From Methanosphaera stadtmanae DSM 3091 (GTDB taxonomy: Archaea > Methanobacteriota > Methanobacteria > Methanobacteriales > Methanobacteriaceae), in the NCBI RefSeq assembly GCF_000012545.1, contig NC_007681.1, positions 1,290,001 through 1,322,000 on the forward strand: DNA of 32,000 nt. Direction: 5' to 3'. Below, one piece after another: positions 10,068 through 19,353 of the stretch. Below the pieces are notes generated by a model. The model was not told the origin of the DNA. It worked only from the letters and a program-made list of their open reading frames with translations, and did not search any database. A program made the position numbers and the translations under genes. Within the stretch, counting starts at the first letter, position 1, and each line of letters opens with the position of its first letter.

Positions 10068-12998
10068 TTAAAATGGTAATGATATGTATCTAGTTATACT
10101 ACCACAACTATTCCAATTCACAATATTTCCAAAGGTATTACTATTTGATGTTCCATCACATTTATACCATTTACCATTAACATAAACTTCAGCCCAAACG
10201 TGTCCTGTTACAAGACCACTACGGAAGTAACATGTTGCATGACAATATCTTGCAGGTATATTTGCTGTACGCATCATTGCAATTACTAAGTGTGCTGTAT
10301 CTACACAATTACCATATCCACGATTTAAGGTACCAATTGCACCATACCTTGTATTATAATATCCACTATATGATGTATGCTTATTTACATAATTAAATAT
10401 AGCTACAGCTTGATTATATGTACCTGTAACTCCGGCAATTGCTTTTGATAGTGCATTTTTAATTGCAGTACTATTTACTTCACAATTTTTTGAAGATACA
10501 AGATACTGTGAATATCCATCAGGTACTGTGTTTGTAGATGGATTAGATGTAGATGGATTACTTGTTTGATTTGCAGTTTTTATATTAAGAACTGTACTGT
10601 AATTTGGAAGATTTTTATTCACATATAAGTATGATACTGCACGTGTTAATAAATAATATGCATCCTCATATGATAAGGAATATCCAGCTACTTTTATATT
10701 AACTGGAGAATATCCATAAGTATCAAAGTTATATGCAATTTCTTTTGATAAACTTGCATAATCGTTTTTATATATATTTACTCCATACTTTGAAGTTGAA
10801 GATGATGTTTTAGCCATATAACCCATTGCATAAAAACTATTATTTGTACTTAATACTCTAGATACCATGTATAAGAAATCAACTTGTGATACTCCAACAG
10901 ATCCAAACATTACAGTTTTTGGTAATGCATTATATTTTTCAATATATACTTTAACATCATATGCTTTTTTAAGTACTTCATTATATGAAAATACATAATT
11001 ATATAATCTTAATTTTGAAGTTGTAGTGTTTGCATTTAATTTAGAATTTCCACTATAAACTACTGTTATGTTGTTTAATGCTGTAGATAATGGTGTTGTA
11101 TTGTATTTAAGAGTTGCAATACCATTTACCACAGAAATTGTAGATATTGTTTTACCATTGATTTTAAATGCTACTTTACCACTTGATGCAAGATTACCTG
11201 TTAAATCAGTGACTTTAGCTGTGAGTGTTACTGTTGATTTTTTTTCTGCTACAATGACGTTTGAAATTGTTATTTTTGATGGATTTAATGTTGGTGTTGT
11301 GTTTGTTATATTAGAACTTGTTGCATGTGGTATATTACGAACTGTACTGTAATTTGGAAGATTTTTATTCACATATAAGTATGATACTGCACGTGTTAAT
11401 AAATAATATGCATCTTCATACGATAAGGAATAATCAGCAGCTTTTATACTAACTGGAGAATATCCTGTAGTATCATATGATGATACTAATGTTTTTGATA
11501 GAGCTATATAATCGTTTTTATATATATTTACCCCATATTTTGAAGTTGAAGATGTTGTTTTATCTTCATAATTTAAAGCATAAAATGTATTATTTGAACT
11601 TAATACTTTAGATACCATGTATAGAAAATCATTAGAAGACACTTTGGTATTTCCAAATAACACATACTCTGGTATTTTATGATATTTTTCAATAGATAAA
11701 TTAACATCGTATGCTTTTTTAAGTATTTCATTATATGAGAATGTTTGACTATATACTCTTAGTTTTGTATTAGCACTAGTTGCATTGAATTGGGAATTTC
11801 CACTATAAACTACTGTTACATTGTTTACTGTTGCAGATAGTTTTGATGTATCATATTTAACACTAGCCATACCTTTTACTAATGATATTGTAGATATTGT
11901 TTTACCATTGATTTTAAATGCTACTTTACCATTTGAAGCAAGATTACCTGTTAAATCAGTGACTTTAGCTGTGAGTGTTACTGTTGATTTTTTTGATGCA
12001 ATAATATTGCTTGAAATTGTTATTTTTGATGGTTTTAATACGTTTAAATTAGTATTGAATGTTTTTGAAAGTGTATAATTTGTTTCACCCACTTTAACTG
12101 TTAATTTATATGTTTTAGGATTTTTAGGAGTTGTGTATGTCATATTACACATTCCATTTAAAACTGTTGTTTTTCCTATTGTAACATCATTAACTTTAAA
12201 TACAACTGTTACGTTGTTAAGTGGTATGTTATTTGACTGTGTTATATTCGCTTTAAAAACAACCTTTGAAGAAGGTGCTGCAGAATATGAACCCATATTA
12301 ATTGTAACATTATCCTTTACTAATTTTAATGTAGTATTTGCACTTTGAGGTAAAGTAGAACTTGTTTCACCTACTTTTACTAATAAATTATAGTTTTTTG
12401 CACCCCACTTAGGAACTGTGTAGTCCAATGAAGCTAATCCTTTAACTGTTTTTGTTTTTCCAATTGTAACTCCATTTATTTTAAACACTGCATCAACATT
12501 ATTAAGTGGTTTATTGTTACTAGTATATGCTGTTGCATTAAGAGTTATTTTCTTTTGTGCTGTTGTTGTTATAGGATTTATCTTTAAAACTATGCTTGAT
12601 TTAACATCATTTGTTGTTTTTAATGTTTTTGTTACTGATTTATTTTGAATAATTGTTTGTGATGATGTTTGTATTGTGTTATTATTTGATTTGGTTGTTG
12701 TTTGTGTTACTTTATCATCTGTTTTAGTTGATGTTAAAATCTTTGATCCAGATTCATTGCTTATTTTATCATTATTAGTAGATTTTACTTCTGATGTCTT
12801 AACTGATTTTGTAGCTTTTGAGATTGCATTAGTTTCTACTTTATTATTAGAAACTACTTCTTTCTCTGCTACTGTAGTTAGTTGATTTTGAGTATTACTT
12901 TCTACATAAGTATTAACTACAGGTGAGGTAGTTGAATTTTCTGCTGCTGATACAGCTGTAATACTAATAATCAGAGTCATTAAAAACATCAGAATCAA
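10068..12998 (-). CDS. secreted Asn/Thr-rich adhesin-like surface protein with Ig-like repeats, pseudomurein-binding repeats and a C-terminal transglutaminase-like cysteine-protease core
   Basis: Signal peptide ...LIISITAVSA/AE, followed by a T/S/N/K-rich stalk (aa 20-135). Two ~90-aa Ig-like repeats (aa ~148-320, nt 12039-12557). Two 250-aa modules each hold an Ig-like unit plus two PMBR-like segments (LKKAYDV..IEKY..P; YEDAYYLLTRAVSYLYVNKNLPNY). The C-terminus has GNCVDTAH...GHVWAEVY...KCD, a Cys-His-Asp triad arrangement. The true start may be an ATT at 13010 (see findings). Confidence 0.85.
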   Translation of the reverse strand: MILMFLMTLIISITAVSAAENSTTSPVVNTYVESNTQNQLTTVAEKEVVSNNKVETNAISKATKSVKTSEVKSTNNDKISNESGSKILTSTKTDDKVTQTTTKSNNNTIQTSSQTIIQNKSVTKTLKTTNDVKSSIVLKINPITTTAQKKITLNATAYTSNNKPLNNVDAVFKINGVTIGKTKTVKGLASLDYTVPKWGAKNYNLLVKVGETSSTLPQSANTTLKLVKDNVTINMGSYSAAPSSKVVFKANITQSNNIPLNNVTVVFKVNDVTIGKTTVLNGMCNMTYTTPKNPKTYKLTVKVGETNYTLSKTFNTNLNVLKPSKITISSNIIASKKSTVTLTAKVTDLTGNLASNGKVAFKINGKTISTISLVKGMASVKYDTSKLSATVNNVTVVYSGNSQFNATSANTKLRVYSQTFSYNEILKKAYDVNLSIEKYHKIPEYVLFGNTKVSSNDFLYMVSKVLSSNNTFYALNYEDKTTSSTSKYGVNIYKNDYIALSKTLVSSYDTTGYSPVSIKAADYSLSYEDAYYLLTRAVSYLYVNKNLPNYSTVRNIPHATSSNITNTTPTLNPSKITISNVIVAEKKSTVTLTAKVTDLTGNLASSGKVAFKINGKTISTISVVNGIATLKYNTTPLSTALNNITVVYSGNSKLNANTTTSKLRLYNYVFSYNEVLKKAYDVKVYIEKYNALPKTVMFGSVGVSQVDFLYMVSRVLSTNNSFYAMGYMAKTSSSTSKYGVNIYKNDYASLSKEIAYNFDTYGYSPVNIKVAGYSLSYEDAYYLLTRAVSYLYVNKNLPNYSTVLNIKTANQTSNPSTSNPSTNTVPDGYSQYLVSSKNCEVNSTAIKNALSKAIAGVTGTYNQAVAIFNYVNKHTSYSGYYNTRYGAIGTLNRGYGNCVDTAHLVIAMMRTANIPARYCHATCYFRSGLVTGHVWAEVYVNGKWYKCDGTSNSNTFGNIVNWNSCGSITRYISLPF
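10590..12032 (-). repeat. in-frame tandem duplication with a 750-bp period (two 250-aa modules) inside the adhesin-like gene
   Basis: Direct comparison shows 10591-10650 is identical to 11341-11400. 11141-11245 is nearly identical to 11891-11995. The intervening blocks are clearly more diverged. Confidence 0.9.
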
Positions 12999-13505
12999 AA
13001 TTTTCTTAATCTTACCGCCTCCTCATAATAAACCAAAATATGAATTATTAATTCGATTGAGTAAGTCATATATTTTATATAATTTAATAAAATTACATAA
13101 CTTATTATTCTGATTTTATTTAAATTTGATAATCAATTTTTTTCTATTAAAAAAAAATTAATAAGCTCTGAAATTTAAGAATCTCTATGAATTCTTAACT
13201 ATAACTTTTATAGTAGAAACTATTTAAATCTATAGTCAAAAAGTATATATAATACCCCTATTATTTTTCTATTAAAACATGAAATTAAGTATTGTTTTTT
13301 GAATATTTACAGGATTATTATATGATTTAATGATAATTTTTTAAAAACAAATGAATCTATTTTAAATACTTAATATAATTTTGAAAAAAAAATATTAAAT
13401 AATTAATTTAAAATATTTTTATAAGGAAATTCAATGAAAATAAAGATTACTTTCAAGAGAAAATGATATAAATAAAAATTATGGAGTAGTATCAAAAGCA
13501 ATAAC

Positions 13506-13543
13506 CGAAAAGTATATATGTAAAGTCAGATAAAGTTTATATT
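13506..13543 (+). promoter_or_regulatory. candidate archaeal promoter region for tRNA-Gln with two TATA-like boxes
   Basis: AAGTATATAT at 13510-13519 would give a ~20-nt leader. AAAGTTTATATT at 13532-13543 lies slightly too close to the mature 5' end. TATA-like strings are common in DNA this AT-rich. Confidence 0.3.
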
Positions 13544-13561
13544 GTACTTGAAGTATAACAT

Positions 13562-13633
13562 AGTCCCGTAGGGTAGTGGCAATCCTCCTGGTCTTTGGAA
13601 CCGGGGACAGCGGTTCGACTCCGCTCGGGACTA
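13562..13633 (+). tRNA. tRNA-Gln, anticodon UUG
   Basis: Hand-folded. Acceptor stem AGTCCCG/CGGGACT. D-arm with GGTAGTGG. Anticodon stem CTGGT/ACCGG with loop C-T-TTG-G-A. T-arm GCGGTTCGACTCCGC. Discriminator A. No encoded CCA. Confidence 0.9.
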
Positions 13634-13735
13634 CTATTATATCTAAAAAAAACTATTTTTAAAGAAAATTATTTGATATTATAAATTACTTAATATAACA
13701 TATATTACATAATAAATATAAGGGAGTATAAAACT

Positions 13736-13891
13736 ATGCCTTATGAAGATCCATTAAAAGAATATTTTAAACAAAATCCAGAGAAAAAACTAAAGTTATT
13801 TAAAATATATACAAAAGTTTTAATAATTATTCCCTTCCTCATGGCATTTGGTGTAATAATGTTTATTCTTATACAATATGGAATAATTTAA
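13736..13891 (+). CDS. possible 51-aa single-pass membrane protein, below the ORF-track size cutoff
   Basis: An AGGGAG SD lies 9 nt upstream of the ATG. The product MPYEDPLKEYFKQNPEKKLKLFKIYTKVLIIIPFLMAFGVIMFILIQYGII has a polar N-terminus and one hydrophobic helix. It sits in an otherwise empty gap. Confidence 0.3.
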   Translation: MPYEDPLKEYFKQNPEKKLKLFKIYTKVLIIIPFLMAFGVIMFILIQYGII

Positions 13892-13940
13892 TAAAAATTT
13901 TTCTTTTAAATTTATTTTTAACTCTTTTTCTAAAAAAAAA

Positions 13941-14969
13941 TTATATGAAAGAATTATAAACAGATTTTCGAATTCTTTCAGCCTTACTCATAGCATTTTC
14001 CAAAATTCTATCACTAACTATAATAGTTGCAATAGGTTCTCCTTTTCTAAAAATATAACTACAATCAGATTTATCATAAACATAAGGTATATTTTCTAAA
14101 TTACACATGCCATTATTTCTAGCATATGCAATTAATTTAACACAGAACTGTTTAACCTTAGGTATGTTTACTGGAATGTTATTATAAATATCCATGTGGG
14201 CCTTTGCAAGATTCATATTAAAACTTCGCTCAACACACTCAAAAGAACCTTGAATTCTAGGATTAACCTCTAAGACATAAACCTTATTATTATCTACAAC
14301 AAAATCAATACCATTAGATCCAACCAACTTACACATACGAGATATCTTTGCAGAAATATTTTTTATCTTAGAACTAGAATTAATATAGGGAGTAATATTA
14401 CCACAATAGGTAAAATCACGTGCTCCTAACATTTTTGAACCAATAATCTGTTCAGAAGATGTAATAAATTCAATTTCATGATTAGGATATGATAGAAAAG
14501 AACTACTAACACTATCACCATAAACATACTCTTGAAGTAAAAATTCATCATCAACATAAACATCCCTACTAAACCAATGAATATTCAAGCCACCAGTACC
14601 ATAAACAGGTTTAATAACATACTTCTTATTAGGATTATTTAAAACAATTTCCTGGGCTTCATCCATATCATTTAATTTATATGTTTTAGGTAAAAGAAAA
14701 TTCTTATGTAAAAATTTATATAACTTAAATTTATTATTAACTAAATCAGTATTATAATTACCAATAACCTTACTCTTTGGAAAACGTGTAGTATCAACAT
14801 CACTAGTAAAAATTATATAATCTACATCATCCACATAATCAAGTGCAATATCCTCTAAAGATTTTAAACTAAAATCATTAATATCACTTGGAACTAGTAA
14901 CTTATCTACAAATTCATATGCATCAGTAACATCATAAAAACTAGTAGCATAAACTGTATAACCTAACAA
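13941..14969 (-). CDS. ATP-grasp superfamily ligase (COG2232 / ATP-grasp_3 type, MfnD-like carboligase family; substrate unknown)
   Basis: ATP-grasp core blocks are present (KYVIKPVYGTGGLNIHW, YVLEVNPRIQGSFE). Coordinates give the minimum extent from the track's TTG. The conserved pre-ATP-grasp strand KILIIGSNTRS lies in frame upstream, up to 15026 (see findings). Confidence 0.75.
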   Translation of the reverse strand: MLGYTVYATSFYDVTDAYEFVDKLLVPSDINDFSLKSLEDIALDYVDDVDYIIFTSDVDTTRFPKSKVIGNYNTDLVNNKFKLYKFLHKNFLLPKTYKLNDMDEAQEIVLNNPNKKYVIKPVYGTGGLNIHWFSRDVYVDDEFLLQEYVYGDSVSSSFLSYPNHEIEFITSSEQIIGSKMLGARDFTYCGNITPYINSSSKIKNISAKISRMCKLVGSNGIDFVVDNNKVYVLEVNPRIQGSFECVERSFNMNLAKAHMDIYNNIPVNIPKVKQFCVKLIAYARNNGMCNLENIPYVYDKSDCSYIFRKGEPIATIIVSDRILENAMSKAERIRKSVYNSFI

Positions 14970-15141
14970 TTTAAATGACCTTGAAATTGACCGCGTATTA
15001 GAACCAATAATTAATATTTTAGTAATAACAACACAACCCTCATACTTTTTTAATAATAAAATAATTTATGTTAAAAGTAAAATAAGTATTTTATTTAAAA
15101 ATTAAATAAAAAAAATAGTTAATATAAAAAGTGGAAAGGAT

Positions 15142-15148
15142 AAAAAAA
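15142..15148 (-). terminator. oligo-T tract downstream of atpD, a candidate archaeal intrinsic terminator of the ATPase operon
   Basis: A T7 run on the minus strand lies ~30 nt after the atpD stop. Archaeal termination typically uses oligo-T, but T-runs are frequent here. Confidence 0.3.
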
Positions 15149-15178
15149 GAATTATCATGGAAAATAAATCCATAATAC

Positions 15179-15823
15179 TTATTCTCTTTCGTCGATATTT
15201 TTCTTAATTACCTTAAGTTGTGCGAAGCTTTCCCTTTCCATTTCCTCCAAACGCATTTCAATAAATGAAATAGTGTTTTTAATACGAGGAATAATTACAT
15301 GCTCTAAAGCATTTACTCTTCTTTTAGTTGCTTCTACTTCTCTAGCTAACATTATAATGGTTTTTTCAATCTCACCAAGTTCAATAATAATCTTAATAGA
15401 TTCTTCAAACTCTTTAGCTGCGACATCCAAGTTAGCTGAAGTTCCAGCAAAACCATAACCTCTGCTAAGTACATCATTATGTGTAGCTCTGCTTTTTACA
15501 ACAGGGACAGAAACACCCATAATACTTCTAGAACTTATATCGAGTTCAATTGATTCTCTAACAGATAAAGCTGCTCTTTTTACTGCCATGTCTCCCATGT
15601 CTATTTGAGCTTTGTTTAGTTCAGAGTAAGCTATTGCTAATTTTTTTTCAACTTCATCTCTTGAACCTTGAACACGATCTAAAATTTCGAAAAACTCCTT
15701 AATAAGAGCATCTCTTTTTTCTTTAAGAAGACTATGACCTTTTATAGACAGTTTAGCTCTGTCTTTTAGATTAAGAAGTTCATTACGTGTTGGATTAATT
15801 CCATCCAATTTTTCATTTGCCAT
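15179..15823 (-). CDS. atpD: A1AO (V-type) ATP synthase subunit D
   Basis: [31 protein letters not shown] and the C-terminal [10 protein letters not shown] are the conserved subunit D coiled-coil signature. Last gene of the operon. Confidence 0.95.
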   Translation of the reverse strand: MANEKLDGINPTRNELLNLKDRAKLSIKGHSLLKEKRDALIKEFFEILDRVQGSRDEVEKKLAIAYSELNKAQIDMGDMAVKRAALSVRESIELDISSRSIMGVSVPVVKSRATHNDVLSRGYGFAGTSANLDVAAKEFEESIKIIIELGEIEKTIIMLAREVEATKRRVNALEHVIIPRIKNTISFIEMRLEEMERESFAQLKVIKKNIDERE

Positions 15824-15878
15824 TATCTAGCCTCCTTCACTTATACAATTTACCATAGAAATAAAAGAATAAAAGAAA

Positions 15879-17282
15879 TTATTCTTCTGTTTCACTTTGT
15901 GGTAAGTATTGTTCAACGTATTGATCTTTAACACGTTTAAGTTCAGTTTTAGGTAAGATAGATAATAATTTCCAACCTAAATCAAGAGTTTCTTGAATAG
16001 ATCTGTCTTCATCTTTACTTTGTCTAATAAATTTATCTTCAAATTCATCAGCAAATTTTAAGAATTTTCTATCACGATCTGTTAAAGCTTCTTCCCCAAC
16101 TACTGCTGTTAAATCACGTAAGTCACGACCTTCTGCATATGCAGCATATAATTGGTCTGAAACTCCACTGTGATCTTCACGAGTACGTCCTTCACCAATA
16201 CCTCCACTCATTAATCTGGATAATGATGGTAATACATCTACTGGTGGGTAAATACCAGTCCTATCTAATTCACGACTAAGTACAACTTGTCCTTCTGTAA
16301 TATATCCTGTTAAATCAGGAATAGGGTGAGTAATATCATCCTGTGGCATTACAAGAATAGGCATCTGTGTAATAGAACCTTCTTTACCATTAATACGTCC
16401 TGCACGTTCATACATACCTGCTAAGTCAGTGTACATGTAACCAGGGTAACCTCTACGACCAGGTACTTCGTTACGTGCTGAAGATATTTCCCTTAATGCT
16501 TCACAATAGTTTGTAATATCAGTAAGAATTACTAATACGTGCATACCTTTTTCAAATGCAAGATATTCAGCTGTTGTTAATGCCATTTTAGGGGTCATAA
16601 TTCTTTCAATAGCAGGATCGTCTGCTAAGTTCATGAATACTGTTACTCTTTCAAGAGCACCAGTTTGTTCAAACTCATTCATGAAGAAGTTTGCTTCTTC
16701 GTGAGTAATACCCATAGCACCAAATATTACAGCAAACTCACTGTCTTCTGCAATTACTTTTGCTTGTCTTGCAATTTGTGCTGCAAGTTCGTTGTGTGGT
16801 AAACCAGAACCTGAGAAGATAGGTAATTTTTGTCCACGTACAAGAGTGTTCATACCATCTATTGTGGATATACCAGTTTGAATAAATTCTGCAGGGAATT
16901 CTCTTGCAGAAGGGTTCATTGGAGAACCATTTACATCTAATTCTTGATCTGGTATAATATCAGGTCCACCATCAATAGGTTTACCTATACCATTGAAAAT
17001 TCTTCCAAGCATATCTGTTGATAAACCGATTTTTGCGGTTTCTCCAGTGAAACGAACTTTTGTTGATTCTGTGTTAAGGTCACTTGTACCTTCAAATACT
17101 TGAACAACTGCAATATCTTCTTTTACTTCAAGAACTTGTCCAGTTCTGTTTTCACCAGCAGGAGTTTCAATTTCTACAATTTCATTGTATGCTGCTCCTT
17201 CTACGCCTTGAACAACCATTAAAGGTCCTGCAACTTCAGATACTGTAGTATATTCTCTTGTTTTAATATCTACATCATTCAT
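15879..17282 (-). CDS. atpB: A1AO ATP synthase subunit B
   Basis: [14 protein letters not shown]..., [38 protein letters not shown]. 467 aa. Confidence 0.97.
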   Translation of the reverse strand: MNDVDIKTREYTTVSEVAGPLMVVQGVEGAAYNEIVEIETPAGENRTGQVLEVKEDIAVVQVFEGTSDLNTESTKVRFTGETAKIGLSTDMLGRIFNGIGKPIDGGPDIIPDQELDVNGSPMNPSAREFPAEFIQTGISTIDGMNTLVRGQKLPIFSGSGLPHNELAAQIARQAKVIAEDSEFAVIFGAMGITHEEANFFMNEFEQTGALERVTVFMNLADDPAIERIMTPKMALTTAEYLAFEKGMHVLVILTDITNYCEALREISSARNEVPGRRGYPGYMYTDLAGMYERAGRINGKEGSITQMPILVMPQDDITHPIPDLTGYITEGQVVLSRELDRTGIYPPVDVLPSLSRLMSGGIGEGRTREDHSGVSDQLYAAYAEGRDLRDLTAVVGEEALTDRDRKFLKFADEFEDKFIRQSKDEDRSIQETLDLGWKLLSILPKTELKRVKDQYVEQYLPQSETEE

Positions 17283-19036
17283 TGTCCTGCCTCATTACAT
17301 TCTTTAGTTATACGGTTTCTTATGTCTTCAACTTTTGCTTCAAATTCATCCTCTGGGATGTATTTCATTTTACCAAGATCTACTCTTACATCTAAGTTTA
17401 CAAGTTTGTTAATGTCAGCACCATCAGCTAATGCAGATTGAGCTGTTGTGTTGTAAAGTAAGATTGTTTTAAGCATGTTGTATTGTTTACTTGGTGAACA
17501 GTATGTATCTGTATCATCGAATGCGTTTTGTTGAAGGAAGTCTTCTCTTAACATACGAGCAGATTCTAATGTTACACGGTCTTTTTGAGGTAATGCATCA
17601 GGACCTACTAATTGTACAATTTCATTAAGTTCTGATTCTTTCTGTAAAAGAGCCATTGCTGTGTTTCTTAAATCTCTCCAATCTGAACCGATTTGTGAGT
17701 TCCACCAATTTGTTATACTATCAACATAAAGTGAGTAACTGTTCAACCAGTTAATAGATGGGAAGTGACGTCTATCTGCAAGTGATGCATCTAATGCCCA
17801 AAATACTTTTGCAATACGTAAAGTGTTTTGAGTTACAGGTTCAGATAAGTCCCCACCAGGAGGTGATACTGCTCCAACTACTGTTACAGATGCTTCTGCT
17901 TTGTGAGATCCTATTGTGGTTACTCTTCCTGCACGTTCATAGAACTGTGCTAATCTTGAAGCTAGGTAAGCAGGATAACCTTCTTCCCCAGGCATTTCTT
18001 CAAGACGTCCAGAAAGTTCCCTCATAGCTTCTGCCCATCTTGAAGTACTGTCTGCCATAAGAGCTACATCATAACCCATATCTCTGAAGTATTCAGCAAT
18101 TGTAATTCCTGTATATACACAAGCTTCCCTAGCTGCTACAGGCATGTTTGATGTGTTTGCAATAAGAACTGTTCTGTCCATTAAAGGATTTCCAGTTTTT
18201 GGATCTTCAAGTTCTGGGAACTCAGTAAGTACTTCTGTCATTTCGTTACCACGTTCTCCACATCCAATATATACTACAATATCAGCATCTGCCCATTTTG
18301 CTAATTGTTGCTGTGTAACTGTTTTACCTGAACCAAATGGTCCTGGCATAGCTGATGTTCCACCTTTAGCAACACAGAAAAATGTATCTTGTGCTCTTTG
18401 ACCAGTTATAAGAGGTACATCTGGATCTAATTTGTTAGTGTAAGGTCTACCTACACGAACAGGCCATACTTGCATCATTTGAACTGTTTCTATACCATTT
18501 TCAGTTTCAACTTCAGCAATATCTTCTGTTACATTGTATTTTCCTTGACTTACAATTGATTTAATTGTACCTGACATTTTTGGTGGTATCATAATTTTGT
18601 GAACAATAGCACTTGTTTCATCAACTGTTCCTATAATGTCTCCACCATTAACTTTGTCTCCTACACTTGCTGTAGGTTTAAATTCCCATTCTTTTACTTT
18701 ATCTAATGCTGGTACATCGATCCCTCTAGGAATGAAATCTCCTGATACACTTTTAATTTCATCTAATGGTCTTTGAATTCCATCATAAATTGATTTAAGT
18801 ATACCTGGACCTAATTCTACTGAGAGTGGACCACCAGTACTTTCAATTTTTTCTCCTGGTTTAATACCAGCAGTTTCTTCGTAAACTTGAACTGTAGCTG
18901 TGTCGCCTTCAAGTTCAATTATTTCACCTATGAGTCCGATATCACCTACACGTACCATTTCGTGTATTTGGGTACCTCGCATACCATCACCGATAATAAC
19001 CGGACCTGCAATTTTAATAATATTTCCTGTGATCAT
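17279..19036 (-). CDS. atpA: A1AO ATP synthase catalytic subunit A
   Basis: Walker [30 protein letters not shown], and the non-homologous region typical of A subunits. 585 aa, no intein. Its stop overlaps the atpB start by 4 nt. Confidence 0.97.
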   Translation of the reverse strand: MITGNIIKIAGPVIIGDGMRGTQIHEMVRVGDIGLIGEIIELEGDTATVQVYEETAGIKPGEKIESTGGPLSVELGPGILKSIYDGIQRPLDEIKSVSGDFIPRGIDVPALDKVKEWEFKPTASVGDKVNGGDIIGTVDETSAIVHKIMIPPKMSGTIKSIVSQGKYNVTEDIAEVETENGIETVQMMQVWPVRVGRPYTNKLDPDVPLITGQRAQDTFFCVAKGGTSAMPGPFGSGKTVTQQQLAKWADADIVVYIGCGERGNEMTEVLTEFPELEDPKTGNPLMDRTVLIANTSNMPVAAREACVYTGITIAEYFRDMGYDVALMADSTSRWAEAMRELSGRLEEMPGEEGYPAYLASRLAQFYERAGRVTTIGSHKAEASVTVVGAVSPPGGDLSEPVTQNTLRIAKVFWALDASLADRRHFPSINWLNSYSLYVDSITNWWNSQIGSDWRDLRNTAMALLQKESELNEIVQLVGPDALPQKDRVTLESARMLREDFLQQNAFDDTDTYCSPSKQYNMLKTILLYNTTAQSALADGADINKLVNLDVRVDLGKMKYIPEDEFEAKVEDIRNRITKECNEAGQ

Positions 19037-19353
19037 TTTACCATCTCAACCCCAATAACTCTTTTGATAAGGTCATTCATTGGGTCAGTTTCACGTTTGT
19101 GTGAGCCTGACTTATCTGGTACTTCAATTATCATTGGTAATGCTTTAGATCCGGTATATTTTGTAATATCGTCTCTAAGTTCATCCCCAATTTTTTCAGT
19201 AGTGATAATGATTGAATATTCATCATCAACTAATTGTTTTAAAGTAGTTTTTGCTTCTTCTTTGTTATGTACAGGGAAACCACTTTTGATTCCACCTAAC
19301 ATAAAACCAGTTACAGTATCTGGATCTGCCATTATAGCTATATCATTTTTCAT
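19033..19353 (-). CDS. atpF: A1AO ATP synthase subunit F
   Basis: [18 protein letters not shown]...[13 protein letters not shown], 106 aa, positioned between subunits C and A with 4-nt overlaps on both sides. Confidence 0.9.
   Translation of the reverse strand: MKNDIAIMADPDTVTGFMLGGIKSGFPVHNKEEAKTTLKQLVDDEYSIIITTEKIGDELRDDITKYTGSKALPMIIEVPDKSGSHKRETDPMNDLIKRVIGVEMVK

Noticed and set aside
11068-12885. Four plus-strand ORFs (11068-11352, 11821-12078, 12133-12348, 12676-12885) lie antisense to the adhesin-like gene. Two of them resemble each other.
   Set aside because: Their mutual similarity simply mirrors the 750-bp duplication in the sense gene. No start context or independent coding signal was seen.
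13175-13198. A perfect 8-bp-stem hairpin or palindrome, TTAAGAAT-N8-ATTCTTAA, in the 560-bp region upstream of the adhesin gene.
   Set aside because: Short AT-rich palindromes are expected by chance at this base composition, and it has no supporting context such as a repeat copy or a fixed distance to a start site.
13562-13633. tRNA-Gln considered as the attachment site of an integrated element, with the adhesin gene on one side and a small ORF on the other.
   Set aside because: No integrase, no phage or plasmid genes, and no second copy of the tRNA 3' end that I could find in the window.
15041-15043. An out-of-frame ATG upstream of the ATP-grasp gene, considered as evidence for programmed frameshifting.
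   Set aside because: The 10-codon frame has no SD of its own, because the GAGGGT overlaps it. There is no canonical slippery heptamer or downstream structure. A non-canonical start or a simple indel is more parsimonious. It is kept only as an alternative within the finding.
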